64,000 bases of DNA from a virus (taxonomy: Duplodnaviria; Caudoviricetes). The stretch lies in the IMG/VR virus record IMGVR_UViG_3300028887_000067, positions 1 to 64,000 of that record; one strand, 5' to 3'. Under the pieces are notes generated by a model. It saw only the letters and a list, made by a program, of their open reading frames with translations. It was not told where the DNA came from and did not search any database. Shown one piece after another: positions 46,598 to 55,488 of the stretch (positions are counted from its first letter, which is position 1; each line of letters opens with the position of its first letter). Both the position numbers and the translations under genes were made by a program.

Positions 46598-47044
46598 TTA
46601 AGCTTCTTCGGAAGCCGTATCCTCGACCTGAACCGCCTTCTTCTTACGGCTCTTCTTCACCGTCAGGACCAGCGATTCGCCAGCTTCCTCGCCAACGGAA
46701 ATGCCGTTCACGGGAGACTCGTCAGCCTTTACGAACGCATTGTACGCCTCGTCGGCCACCGCCTCGTCAAGAGCCGGGTCGGCCTTCGTTTCCGATTCCT
46801 CGACCTTCGGCGCGTTAGGGGTGAAGAACATAGGCGTTTCACCCAGATCATTGGTGAGACCCTTGATGTACGCCTCGTACTCGGACCTCAGCGAATCGAT
46901 AACGGTCTGGTCAACCGAACCGACCTGGAAAGCCTGCGTGGAGGCGGCCTTCTTCGCGTTAAGGCGGTTCATCACATCCTGGGCACCCGTCTCGCCGCGA
47001 GGCATCGTCTTGATAGTGGTAACTTTGAAATTGAGCATTGTCAT
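46598..47044 (-). CDS. Hypothetical acidic protein (148 aa)
   Basis: Variant box ATAAACA at 47082-47088. Confidence 0.75.
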   Translation of the reverse strand: MTMLNFKVTTIKTMPRGETGAQDVMNRLNAKKAASTQAFQVGSVDQTVIDSLRSEYEAYIKGLTNDLGETPMFFTPNAPKVEESETKADPALDEAVADEAYNAFVKADESPVNGISVGEEAGESLVLTVKKSRKKKAVQVEDTASEEA

Positions 47045-47073
47045 TTCCCATTTTATGGGGCGGATGCCCCTTG

Positions 47074-47295
47074 CTACTCTTTGTTTATACGGTGGGCCAT
47101 GCCAATACTCACAAGCACAGGCGTGTCGGGCCCGCCTGTAAGCTGCTTTTCGTACGTAACGTCCTCCAGATAGGCCTCCATCGGGCTCCTCTTCGGGATT
47201 TTAAGCTCCGTCTTCGGCAACTCGGGCATCGACTTGCGTAGCGCCTCATCGGCTTCCCTTCGCTTCTTCCCCAACAGGAACTCGATATCGCCCAT
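47074..47295 (-). CDS. Hypothetical protein (73 aa)
   Basis: TGATG coupling with gp15; AGGAG RBS. Confidence 0.65.
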   Translation of the reverse strand: MGDIEFLLGKKRREADEALRKSMPELPKTELKIPKRSPMEAYLEDVTYEKQLTGGPDTPVLVSIGMAHRINKE

Positions 47296-48902
47296 CAGCT
47301 CTCCTCCTTGGTCACCAAGGCCATCATCGTGTCAGAAAAGTTCGTCTTGACTCCGAACGCGCCCTTGTTTCCCTCGTCGTAGAGAACGAAGTAGAACGAA
47401 TAGATCGTGTCATTATCGCAAATGATCGGCTCGCTGACGAAACGGCGGAATTGCGTCGTCGTGTGGTATGCGAAATAAAGGCGCCCGTCCATGATTCCCC
47501 AGTCAAACCATACCTCGCCTGCCGGAATCACCGTGCCGTCAGACAACGTGACGTCGGCCGGGTTGTACAGATATTGGAAAACGGTGTCGTTCTGGTGCCT
47601 GAACTGCAGTACCGCCTTGAACGTGTAAGACTCGAGAATCTTCCCGTCCTTGTTGTCTCCGAACCAGTTAAGAATATTCGACCAGTCGGTCGCCGTAGCA
47701 TATCCGCCCGGCGCGAAAGAGCCGTTGCCCGGAGCCATGTCCGGAACAAATTCGCGAGCTTCGGCGTTCACGGCTACAAAATCGCGACCGAGACCGCTGT
47801 AATCCTTCTCCCGGTCGGAATCCTCGTCGAAATTAAGGTGAATCAGGTCGAACGACGGCACCTCGACAGGACGGGCGACATCGCCCACGACGACATCCTC
47901 CCATTTGTATACCGGAATAGGGTCGCCATCCACATCGGTAATATCTTCACCCAGCGAGTTCTTCAAGTTTCCCTTGTAGACAGGATTATAGCCGGCCCTC
48001 GCCTTGCCGTTGGCGCGACGCTTAGTAATGTCTTCGTCGGTATGCGGGGTCAGGTCAAGCGTCCGCATAGTCTCGTCCTTCCAGAACTCCTCGCCGTGCT
48101 CGTCGACACGACGTACAAGCGTCCTGGTAAATGTCTTGAGGAGGGACCACCCCTCGCGGATAGACGGCTCAACCGTCTCCCAGAGATGCTTCTTCTGCTG
48201 GGCGATTTCATCGGGATAGACAAACACCTGTATGGAATCCTGTATCTGGTCGCGCACGTTGAAATTCATCTGGGCATACTTGATTATTGCCGGAATCTCG
48301 TAAGGACGATGATACACTCCTCCGTGCGTCTCGATAGTATAGACACACTTGTAAAGCTGATACTCGTTGCTGGTATCGCTTTTTTCGTCATCGACGCTGC
48401 TAGACCAGTGCAAAGTAAAAGCAATCGGACGCTCGATTTCGGGCGCAAAATCCCATTCCTTAATCCTAACCGTGCGATACGTGTTGAAATACGGCTGAAT
48501 CTGCTCCTTCAAGTGGAAGAAGTCTGTTATGTTGTCTGCAAGAAGAGTCAATTCGAATGTGACGGACATCGGAGTCGGCTGAATGTCACGGATATACTTC
48601 TGCAACGGCGCGGACAGGATTTCCCGGGCGTAGGTAGGCTGGACCATATGCGACTCGTCGTGGCGGTCTTCAATGAACCTGAACCCCAGACAAGGTATAG
48701 CCATCGGTTCCTGCGCAGTTGCCGTAGACGCGACAAAGTTGGCAAAGTCGTCACTGTTGTGCGTATACAACGGCACGGCAACAGTCTGTGACTCGACTGA
48801 ACGATTCTGGTCCTCATAGCGGTTCACACGCAAGTTGTTGAACACGTCCATGATCGCAATCATAATCTTCTCAATTTCGCGAACGTAGTAATGCGGTGTC
48901 AT
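47295..48902 (-). CDS. gp15: Tail terminator / sheath stabiliser, T4 gp15-like, with long C-terminal extension
   Basis: YYVREIEK...VFNNLRV, VAVPL, PTPMSVTFEL...EQIQPYF. Confidence 0.8.
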   Translation of the reverse strand: MTPHYYVREIEKIMIAIMDVFNNLRVNRYEDQNRSVESQTVAVPLYTHNSDDFANFVASTATAQEPMAIPCLGFRFIEDRHDESHMVQPTYAREILSAPLQKYIRDIQPTPMSVTFELTLLADNITDFFHLKEQIQPYFNTYRTVRIKEWDFAPEIERPIAFTLHWSSSVDDEKSDTSNEYQLYKCVYTIETHGGVYHRPYEIPAIIKYAQMNFNVRDQIQDSIQVFVYPDEIAQQKKHLWETVEPSIREGWSLLKTFTRTLVRRVDEHGEEFWKDETMRTLDLTPHTDEDITKRRANGKARAGYNPVYKGNLKNSLGEDITDVDGDPIPVYKWEDVVVGDVARPVEVPSFDLIHLNFDEDSDREKDYSGLGRDFVAVNAEAREFVPDMAPGNGSFAPGGYATATDWSNILNWFGDNKDGKILESYTFKAVLQFRHQNDTVFQYLYNPADVTLSDGTVIPAGEVWFDWGIMDGRLYFAYHTTTQFRRFVSEPIICDNDTIYSFYFVLYDEGNKGAFGVKTNFSDTMMALVTKEES

Positions 48903-48919
48903 CGGCCAACCTCAAGTGC

Positions 48920-48926
48920 AGTTTAT
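48920..48926 (-). promoter_or_regulatory. Late promoter box ATAAACT (divergent pair)
   Basis: Upstream of gp15. Confidence 0.7.
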
Positions 48927-48936
48927 CACGAACATT

Positions 48937-48943
48937 ATAAACT
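48937..48943 (+). promoter_or_regulatory. Late promoter box ATAAACT (divergent pair)
   Basis: Upstream of ATG 48968. Confidence 0.7.
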
Positions 48944-48967
48944 GAACAAAAAGCGACCGGAGAAACC

Positions 48968-49279
48968 ATGGAACCCGCCACTGACGCACAGAAACTCTAC
49001 ATCTATCGACTCGGCAAACATAAGGACGATACCAACTCCGCCGTCGTCGAGGGAATCACCAAGGCCTTCGGCCTGGTAAACGGCATCGACACCACCCTGA
49101 CTGAGTCCGACCAGAGCAAGATGGACGCGTTCGACTTCCTCGAGACCGACCGCAACGGGCAAGACCCGAGCGCTTACCTCGAGGCGCTGACCGAAAACGT
49201 CCTGAAACAGACAAAACCCGAAGACTTCGGAACCATCAGGAAGGCCCTGAACGAATACAGGTCGTTCCTCGGAAAATAG
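48968..49279 (+). CDS. Late protein (103 aa); putative processed head protein
   Basis: GGAG RBS, late box; VVEG, LTES and YLEA motifs. Confidence 0.7.
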   Translation: MEPATDAQKLYIYRLGKHKDDTNSAVVEGITKAFGLVNGIDTTLTESDQSKMDAFDFLETDRNGQDPSAYLEALTENVLKQTKPEDFGTIRKALNEYRSFLGK

Positions 49280-49304
49280 AAAAAGGCCGCACACGCGGCC
49301 TTTT
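49280..49304. terminator. Bidirectional terminator
   Basis: AAAAGGCCGC-ACAC-GCGGCCTTTT. Confidence 0.85.
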
Positions 49305-49325
49305 CCTTTTTCTGCAGGTAACCTC

Positions 49326-49748
49326 CTATTCCACACTAAGTTTCTTCGCCTCGGGCTTATCCTTCGGTAACGGGCGGACACGGATGGTCATCATGCCGTC
49401 CTCGTACTTGCACTTGGCGTTCGCAACGTCCAGAGCGCTATTCACGTTGACGGCATACTTGTATTCCTTTCCGTCAATCATGCGGACACCCTCTACACGG
49501 ATTCCCTTGCCCACTTCGAAGGAAGCGGACACGTTCTCGCGCTTGCAACCCGGAAGGTCGACGTAAATGACGTCTTCCTCGCCTTCGGTGAAGCGGTACA
49601 CGGACGGGAGATACGTGCCCTTCTCGCCGCCAGTCACCGCCGGCTTGAAGCCGAGCCCGTCGACAAGCTGACCAAATTCAGACACGATATCGTTGAACGA
49701 ACGATCGAAAGCATTGGTGAAGATAGTGGGGAAAATTCCGTTAATCAT
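49326..49748 (-). CDS. Small heat shock protein HSP20 / alpha-crystallin (140 aa, start MINGIF)
   Basis: VDLPGCKRENV, IRVEG.R, AKCKYEDGMMTI, C-terminal KLSVE (IxI-like); GAGGT RBS. Confidence 0.88.
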   Translation of the reverse strand: MINGIFPTIFTNAFDRSFNDIVSEFGQLVDGLGFKPAVTGGEKGTYLPSVYRFTEGEEDVIYVDLPGCKRENVSASFEVGKGIRVEGVRMIDGKEYKYAVNVNSALDVANAKCKYEDGMMTIRVRPLPKDKPEAKKLSVE

Positions 49749-49789
49749 ATTTACCTCTTGGTTAATTGTTTTTTTTTCGAACCCAGTAA

Positions 49790-49805
49790 AGCAAAAAGCG
49801 TGCCA
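49790..49805 (-). promoter_or_regulatory. Sigma-54 (RpoN) -24/-12 promoter
   Basis: TGGCACGCTTTTTGCT matches TGGCACG-N4-TTGCW exactly, 41 nt upstream of the hsp20 ATG. Confidence 0.78.
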
Positions 49806-49811
49806 AAACAG

Positions 49812-49837
49812 AAAAGGCCACGGATTCCCGTGGCCTT
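49812..49837 (-). terminator. Terminator insulating the hsp20 promoter
   Basis: Minus strand AAGGCCACGG-GAAT-CCGTGGCCTTTT. Confidence 0.8.
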
Positions 49838-49857
49838 GATGCAAATTCTTAGAACAG

Positions 49858-50334
49858 TTAACGGAGCTTGATTTGGTCCTTGTAGTCGTTCTGGGTAATC
49901 GGCTCGTTGCCCCAAGCGCTCGCCGTGCTGCAGATGCTATAGCGATTATTCAGCAGGTTCAGCACCTCGTCCTTGTCCAGAACCTCGCGCTCCTCGGCCT
50001 CTGCGCGGTCTTCCTCCGCACCCTTGCCGTTGGGCTTCTTCTGGATAGGGTACTCCATCCGGCGATAATTGAGCTCACCAAGCCCAGGAGTATTGTTAAT
50101 CGGGTCGTCCTCGACGAAATTCTCCTGTTCCTGAGCCAACCGGTCCTCGGTATGCCAATAATTCTGCTCGTAGGCACGATGCACGAACTTCTCGGCCTTG
50201 CCGCTCTTGATGTCACCGACGTCCGGAATCAGGCTCTGGGCCTGCACGAAGATGTCGTGACGCCAGTCCGGATGGGTGTCGAAGTTGTCGCCAACCATAC
50301 CCAGTACATTACCGCTGTTAATTTTCTGTGCCAT
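49858..50334 (-). CDS. Late hypothetical protein (158 aa)
   Basis: ATAAACT at 50363-50369. Confidence 0.75.
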   Translation of the reverse strand: MAQKINSGNVLGMVGDNFDTHPDWRHDIFVQAQSLIPDVGDIKSGKAEKFVHRAYEQNYWHTEDRLAQEQENFVEDDPINNTPGLGELNYRRMEYPIQKKPNGKGAEEDRAEAEEREVLDKDEVLNLLNNRYSICSTASAWGNEPITQNDYKDQIKLR

Positions 50335-50362
50335 CGTATAAGCCCCTAATCATTCCATAGCA

Positions 50363-50369
50363 AGTTTAT
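50363..50369 (-). promoter_or_regulatory. Late promoter box ATAAACT
   Basis: Upstream of ATG 50334. Confidence 0.7.
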
Positions 50370-50422
50370 CAAGATGTACGAAAATTAACCACGAAAGTGT
50401 CGCAAACAGCGACACGGTTCGT

Positions 50423-51157
50423 TCATTTTTTAACCGCCTTTTCCTTTTTCTTCTTGTTGATCTTGAGCTGAGCCATACGGAGGCTCGGGTCGCTCGCGAC
50501 CGTAGATGCGTCAACGCCGGCCTCGCCGACCTCGATATCGGGGTCGATCTTGTTGAGCGTGTCCACGGCCTTGTCGAGGTCGTTTCCAGTCATCTCGAGG
50601 CTGATATTGCCACTGATAGCCTCCTTCTCGCGCTCCGCCTCCTTCTGGACGACACCGGCATACTCGTCGATGTTGAGGCACTCGTGATAAATGTTCTCGT
50701 TAAGGGAGGTGAACTTTATGTACTTGGAACGTACCGAGTGCGCCTTCTGTACCTGCATAAACGCACGAGACACGATCTGTCCGAGGTAATAGTAGGGGTC
50801 GTTGTTCTTGGACTTCTTGGCCATCTTGACCGGGTCGAAAGATCCGCAATACTTGAGGGCGCAGAACTGGGCGCGGGCGAACATGTCCTCCTTCCAGTCG
50901 TCGGTGTACTTACGCCACGACTTCATTCCCAGCGTCTTGAGGATGACAACACGAATGATGGTGGCAAGCTCGTCGCCAACCGGATAACCCTTTCCGTACA
51001 GTTCCACGTTGCGCTTATGTTCCAGCAAAAGTCTAGTGAGATAGGCGGGATCGACCCTGTCCTTTTTCATCGAAGCTAGGGTCTGGTTGCCGTTAATGTC
51101 AAAAACGGCCGGGTCGACCGGGCGAGTCTTCGGCCCGTTGATATTATGATTTTTCAT
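50423..51157 (-). CDS. gp55: Late-transcription sigma factor, T4 gp55-like
   Basis: SWRKYTDDWKEDM...ALKYCGSFDP...NDPYYYLGQIVSRAF matches the gp55 pattern EDM...NFDP...NP.AY.TQI...AF; start uncertain (ATG 51157 or GTG 51184). Confidence 0.8.
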   Translation of the reverse strand: MKNHNINGPKTRPVDPAVFDINGNQTLASMKKDRVDPAYLTRLLLEHKRNVELYGKGYPVGDELATIIRVVILKTLGMKSWRKYTDDWKEDMFARAQFCALKYCGSFDPVKMAKKSKNNDPYYYLGQIVSRAFMQVQKAHSVRSKYIKFTSLNENIYHECLNIDEYAGVVQKEAEREKEAISGNISLEMTGNDLDKAVDTLNKIDPDIEVGEAGVDASTVASDPSLRMAQLKINKKKKEKAVKK

Positions 51158-51199
51158 CGAAACAATCCTAAGTTCGTTAGACACTAAATTAGTGCATTC

Positions 51200-54100
51200 C
51201 TACACAGAATGCGCGGCCAAATCGAAACTGACCTGCCCGATATGTTCAGCATCCTCCAAATATCTAAGATGGAATCGTGACTTGCTGTTGAATACATAGT
51301 CAATATCGAACGTTTCGTACGGCTTGGTCGTATCGGCGATCATCGTCCAAGACTTCACTGTAGAACCACTCAAGGAGACGACGCTGATCTCGAACGGAAC
51401 TAGCCAAATGTTCGATAAATATTTCGCGTGTCCCGAATTATCCTCGGCAGTATTATCGATCGAGACAACCAGCGACACGTCGGCTCCCTTGAACTGTCCG
51501 AGATTGATAAATCCATTGTTGCCGATAGAAAGATTCTCACCAGTAGAGCTGTCCGGAACCAGGTAATAGCTGTTCGGAACCAGGTCATCATTGGAAAGCT
51601 TCATAGTTGCCTTGACATATCCGGACTCGCCATGCGCCTCGAGACCATTCGGGCCCATGGTAATCGTCGTCCCGTCAACCTTCACGGCAAGTGCGCCGTT
51701 ATCGTCAACAACGACACTCTTGTTGTCGGTATGAACGGAAATCACACCATTATCAGATACAGAAACGGCTCCGCCACCAGCTCCATGACACACCGGGCAT
51801 TCATAACCCTTGTGGCCGTCACATCTGGTGCAAACCTCGTCGTCGGTACCCGGCTCAAGACCGGTACCACCACACCGCTCGCACGTGGCATAGCCAGTCC
51901 CGCCACAGAAACCACAATCGACATCGTGATCGCCCGCCGGATAGGGCAGTCGAACGGTTTCCCTCCCATTTGGATTATTCGGGTCAGGCCTGGTCGCAGG
52001 GATCCACGGACGACCGGGATCATCCGCAGTTCCGGCAGGAAGGTCGATGATAGGCTTCGTTGCAATACCCTGACCGCCGGAACCGCTTCCGGACGTGCCG
52101 CTGCCGGCAACGGACGGATCAGTCTGGATGGCGGTCGAGCCGTCCGTCGTAATCGCCTCCGGCTGACCGGTAACCGGATCAACAGAGTCGGTACCTACAA
52201 CCTCGACGGCATCATTCTCCACACCAGGCTTGTACTTGTTGAACTCGTCGCAGAACTCCGCCTTGGACATCACGGTCTTGTAGTAGCCGAAGCCCCACAC
52301 GTGACGCATACCGGCGATGTAACCCGGCTGTTCAGGAGTACCCTCGGCAAGCTCGTTCCGAACATCGTCATCCATGTCTTCACAAGTCAGACGCTCGTCA
52401 TTAGCACCTTCGGTGCCAGACGGATCCCACATACGGACAGCAAGTATAGACGTGGTGCATTTGATGCGCCACTGCGAGAAAAGCTTCTCGTCGGAATCAA
52501 GGTTATGCGAATAGTAAATCCGGTCGACGCCCGGACTATCGGGATCGATGTCGTAATACGAAAATTCCCACGTGTCATCGGTCAGCGCAAAAGAATTGAT
52601 AAATGTCCGAGAGTCAACAACTTCCTCATAAGGCGACTCGCAATGCACCTCGTTGCCGTCATCGTCGCACACAGGGGAAATTACGTCGACCTCGCCGGAG
52701 GCAATCACGCCTCCGTTGCGGGTAAACCAGGAATGCTCATTCACATCGACAAGGTTCTCCGTCGCAGCTCCCTTGACGTGCAAGTGATATACGTAGTAGT
52801 CCATCCCGCTCATAGCGGTGCCGGAACCGATGTACGCATAAAGGTGCCATCCGTTCGACTCGTGCCTCCAGAACTTAATCGTGAAGCCGTTAGCGTCGTT
52901 GCTGTTACCGTAGCTCTTGTCGGGCCGAATGCTGTAGAACTTCGGCAAGTCGCACATGGGGACGCCTTCGGGAGACTTCAGGCACTCTATGGCGCAACAA
53001 GGCATGTCCTGCACGAACTCCCTTATACCGACTCCGTTCTTCAACGAGAAATCCTCGTCAGACCTTACGCAGTCATCCTTGACCGGATCACCGGGCGTAC
53101 GGCCACGATTGCCAACCAGCGAATCCTCGATGCCTACGGTAACCCTGTACTCCGAAATACGCACCTGGTGGTCCTCGTTGTTCGGGACTACGGACGCGTC
53201 CGTACACATCAAGCGGACATTGCGCCGAAGATGCGTCATATAGCAGGACGGATTCAGGTAGTAATAGTCGATGTGGTATGTCTCGCCGCAGTTGCAGAAG
53301 TTGATGTTGTTCTGCGTGATAATCCGTCGCGACATGCCCACCTTGGTTCCATCGTTGGCATCCGGCGGGCCCATGAAAATCCAATCACCGCACGTAACCT
53401 TCCATATGCCGTTGTAGCCGTCCTTCTGATTGGACAGCAACAACGTGTCGCCGGGATGGACGCTGTACGTACATACAGTGCGAGACCCGCACTTGTACGG
53501 GACGTCGTCAGAACATACATAATCGACCTGGTCAGTAACCTTAGCGCCGAGGTCAATTACCACCGTGCCGTCAACGGCGCCCGGATGGGGCTTCGAATAG
53601 CAGTTGCTCGGGCACGAACTGGCATGGACGTCGTCAAGGCCACGCCATGCGCCGACCTCAACCACCCACAGGCCGTTCTCGTCAGGGTTGAACTGGTTAG
53701 AAAGCCACACTATGTCGCCCGCTTCGAGCTGCACCCCGTTGATATAACTCTCGCCGAAACGATACGAAAGATTCTTGTTAAGCTTCAGGCGAACCGGCAC
53801 GTAGCGATAGCCCGAACAGTCACCAAAAACCTTGATATACATCGTCTTGCCGAGCGTACCGGCGGCGGGATTCGGCACGCCATTCCCGTTCCTGTCGGTG
53901 GTGTCGTACACTAGCGACATATCACTCACGTCGAAACAATCACCGACACCGGTAAACTTCGCCGGCGTGCGCTCCCTCGCCTCAAGGTTATCGGCGTCGT
54001 ACTTATACCTTATGATGGCAAGGTCGCCGTAATCCTTGTTCAGAGCATCAAACCCGATGTGAATGTCGTACACGCCACATGCGTCGTTGCCATCCCCGTC

Positions 54101-54844
54101 GACGGAAAGCATCTTCGGATAAAGCGTAAATTTAGCCGTAGTCCCGTCGTCACCGAACACGATATCTGACGACGGAACGACATACTCGTCCTTCCCGTCC
54201 GTCAGGTAAACATTCATGCCGGAAACGAAATTCCTTCCGTGCAACACTATTTCGGCAGGCTCACCTATCCGGCTGGCGAGATTATCAACGTAGCCGATAT
54301 AAGGATAACTATCACGATAGTCACCCGACATAGCCGAACTGGCCGTTATGGACATCCTGACGTCGTTGTAGAACGGAACGTCGTCATCGTCGAAACCGGT
54401 CACGTAGAATGACACAGGAATCTTCCTAACCGTGTCGCCGTTCGCCTGAATCGGCGGGATTACAAGGGAAAGATTGGCGATATTGCCCGAGCCGACCGAA
54501 ACCGAGTCTACATCCACGTCGAACTCAATCTCGTACAGGCCTTCAGCAACCCGCTTAATCGAAACCCAGCCGGAATCCGTATCCTCGTGTTCGTAGAAAT
54601 CACCACGCTGTTCCTCGAGATCGGCATAAAAGTTGCGCATCCCAATACCGGCGACATCGAGCTGCAAAACAACGGCCCGGTCAGCACACTCGATATTTAC
54701 TGACGAAATATGACAGCTACGACGGGTAAAACCAGTCGCCGAAACGCTAGTCAGGCGATAACCCCCAGTAGGCAACACCACGATATCGGACGCGGTGTCT
54801 GAGAAGGGTATTGCGTAGTTGCTGAGCGTTATCGGACTTGACAT
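51200..54844 (-). CDS. Large Cys-rich virion structural/fibre protein with DnaJ-type zinc finger (1214 aa)
   Basis: Two GD.vLLsNQ....NG.W.V modules typical of phage head/tail fibres; CxxCxGxG repeats; VKVDGTTIT fibre repeat. Confidence 0.65.
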   Translation of the reverse strand: MSSPITLSNYAIPFSDTASDIVVLPTGGYRLTSVSATGFTRRSCHISSVNIECADRAVVLQLDVAGIGMRNFYADLEEQRGDFYEHEDTDSGWVSIKRVAEGLYEIEFDVDVDSVSVGSGNIANLSLVIPPIQANGDTVRKIPVSFYVTGFDDDDVPFYNDVRMSITASSAMSGDYRDSYPYIGYVDNLASRIGEPAEIVLHGRNFVSGMNVYLTDGKDEYVVPSSDIVFGDDGTTAKFTLYPKMLSVDGDGNDACGVYDIHIGFDALNKDYGDLAIIRYKYDADNLEARERTPAKFTGVGDCFDVSDMSLVYDTTDRNGNGVPNPAAGTLGKTMYIKVFGDCSGYRYVPVRLKLNKNLSYRFGESYINGVQLEAGDIVWLSNQFNPDENGLWVVEVGAWRGLDDVHASSCPSNCYSKPHPGAVDGTVVIDLGAKVTDQVDYVCSDDVPYKCGSRTVCTYSVHPGDTLLLSNQKDGYNGIWKVTCGDWIFMGPPDANDGTKVGMSRRIITQNNINFCNCGETYHIDYYYLNPSCYMTHLRRNVRLMCTDASVVPNNEDHQVRISEYRVTVGIEDSLVGNRGRTPGDPVKDDCVRSDEDFSLKNGVGIREFVQDMPCCAIECLKSPEGVPMCDLPKFYSIRPDKSYGNSNDANGFTIKFWRHESNGWHLYAYIGSGTAMSGMDYYVYHLHVKGAATENLVDVNEHSWFTRNGGVIASGEVDVISPVCDDDGNEVHCESPYEEVVDSRTFINSFALTDDTWEFSYYDIDPDSPGVDRIYYSHNLDSDEKLFSQWRIKCTTSILAVRMWDPSGTEGANDERLTCEDMDDDVRNELAEGTPEQPGYIAGMRHVWGFGYYKTVMSKAEFCDEFNKYKPGVENDAVEVVGTDSVDPVTGQPEAITTDGSTAIQTDPSVAGSGTSGSGSGGQGIATKPIIDLPAGTADDPGRPWIPATRPDPNNPNGRETVRLPYPAGDHDVDCGFCGGTGYATCERCGGTGLEPGTDDEVCTRCDGHKGYECPVCHGAGGGAVSVSDNGVISVHTDNKSVVVDDNGALAVKVDGTTITMGPNGLEAHGESGYVKATMKLSNDDLVPNSYYLVPDSSTGENLSIGNNGFINLGQFKGADVSLVVSIDNTAEDNSGHAKYLSNIWLVPFEISVVSLSGSTVKSWTMIADTTKPYETFDIDYVFNSKSRFHLRYLEDAEHIGQVSFDLAAHSV

Positions 54845-54848
54845 ATTT

Positions 54849-55385
54849 CTATCCTAGTGTTTTGATTACATCTTTGTACAAATTCAGGTACTTGGACAGC
54901 GACCGTGCGAGCTTGGAATTCTTGACGCTCTGCGCTTCTTTCGCACGCTCAACGGGAATCCAGTCCTCCGGATTGTCGATAGCGTCAATCACCTTCGTCA
55001 GGAGGAACATGAACTCGTTCAGGTTCTCCGTCTTGGACGCCTGCGTCTGTTCAGATGTGCCGTTGATGTTCTCAACAATCTGCGACATCTTCTCCAAGTT
55101 AGACTCGGCGTCCACGCTGGTCGGGCCAGCCTTTACCTTGTTGTTAGCCTCGACCCACGCCTTCAAGTTCTTGTTGTAAGCGGAACGGAACTCGGCGGAT
55201 CCATCCTGTGGCTGTGCCACCTGCATCTGCGGGTAGAACCCGTTCTGCGTATACACCTGTTGCGGAGGAGGCTGCTGGTACGCCGGCTGTTGCGGCGCCA
55301 TGTTTGGGTACTGCTGGTACGCCGGCTGTTGCTGAGGGGGCGGTTGCTGTCCCCTCGGCGCAAATGTGTAGTTCTGCTGTGCCAT
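54849..55385 (-). CDS. Late protein with Q/P/Y-rich low-complexity N-terminus (178 aa)
   Basis: GAGGA RBS; late box at 55400. Confidence 0.8.
   Translation of the reverse strand: MAQQNYTFAPRGQQPPPQQQPAYQQYPNMAPQQPAYQQPPPQQVYTQNGFYPQMQVAQPQDGSAEFRSAYNKNLKAWVEANNKVKAGPTSVDAESNLEKMSQIVENINGTSEQTQASKTENLNEFMFLLTKVIDAIDNPEDWIPVERAKEAQSVKNSKLARSLSKYLNLYKDVIKTLG
55272..55332. repeat. 22-nt direct repeat encoding QQPAYQQ twice
   Basis: CTGCTGGTACGCCGGCTGTTGC at 55272-55293 and 55311-55332. Confidence 0.85.
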
Positions 55386-55399
55386 AAATCCTCTTTCCT

Positions 55400-55406
55400 A
55401 GTTTAT
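55400..55406 (-). promoter_or_regulatory. Late promoter box ATAAACT
   Basis: Upstream of ATG 55385. Confidence 0.7.
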
Positions 55407-55439
55407 CAACTGGATACGTGCTCCCCGCTAAATTACATC

Positions 55440-55469
55440 AAAAAGGCGGGACGCCGTCGCGCCCCGCCC
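55440..55469 (-). terminator. Terminator after the scaffold gene
   Basis: GC-rich hairpin followed by TTTTT on the minus strand. Confidence 0.7.
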
Positions 55470-55488
55470 GTTTGGCTTTGGGGTTGAT

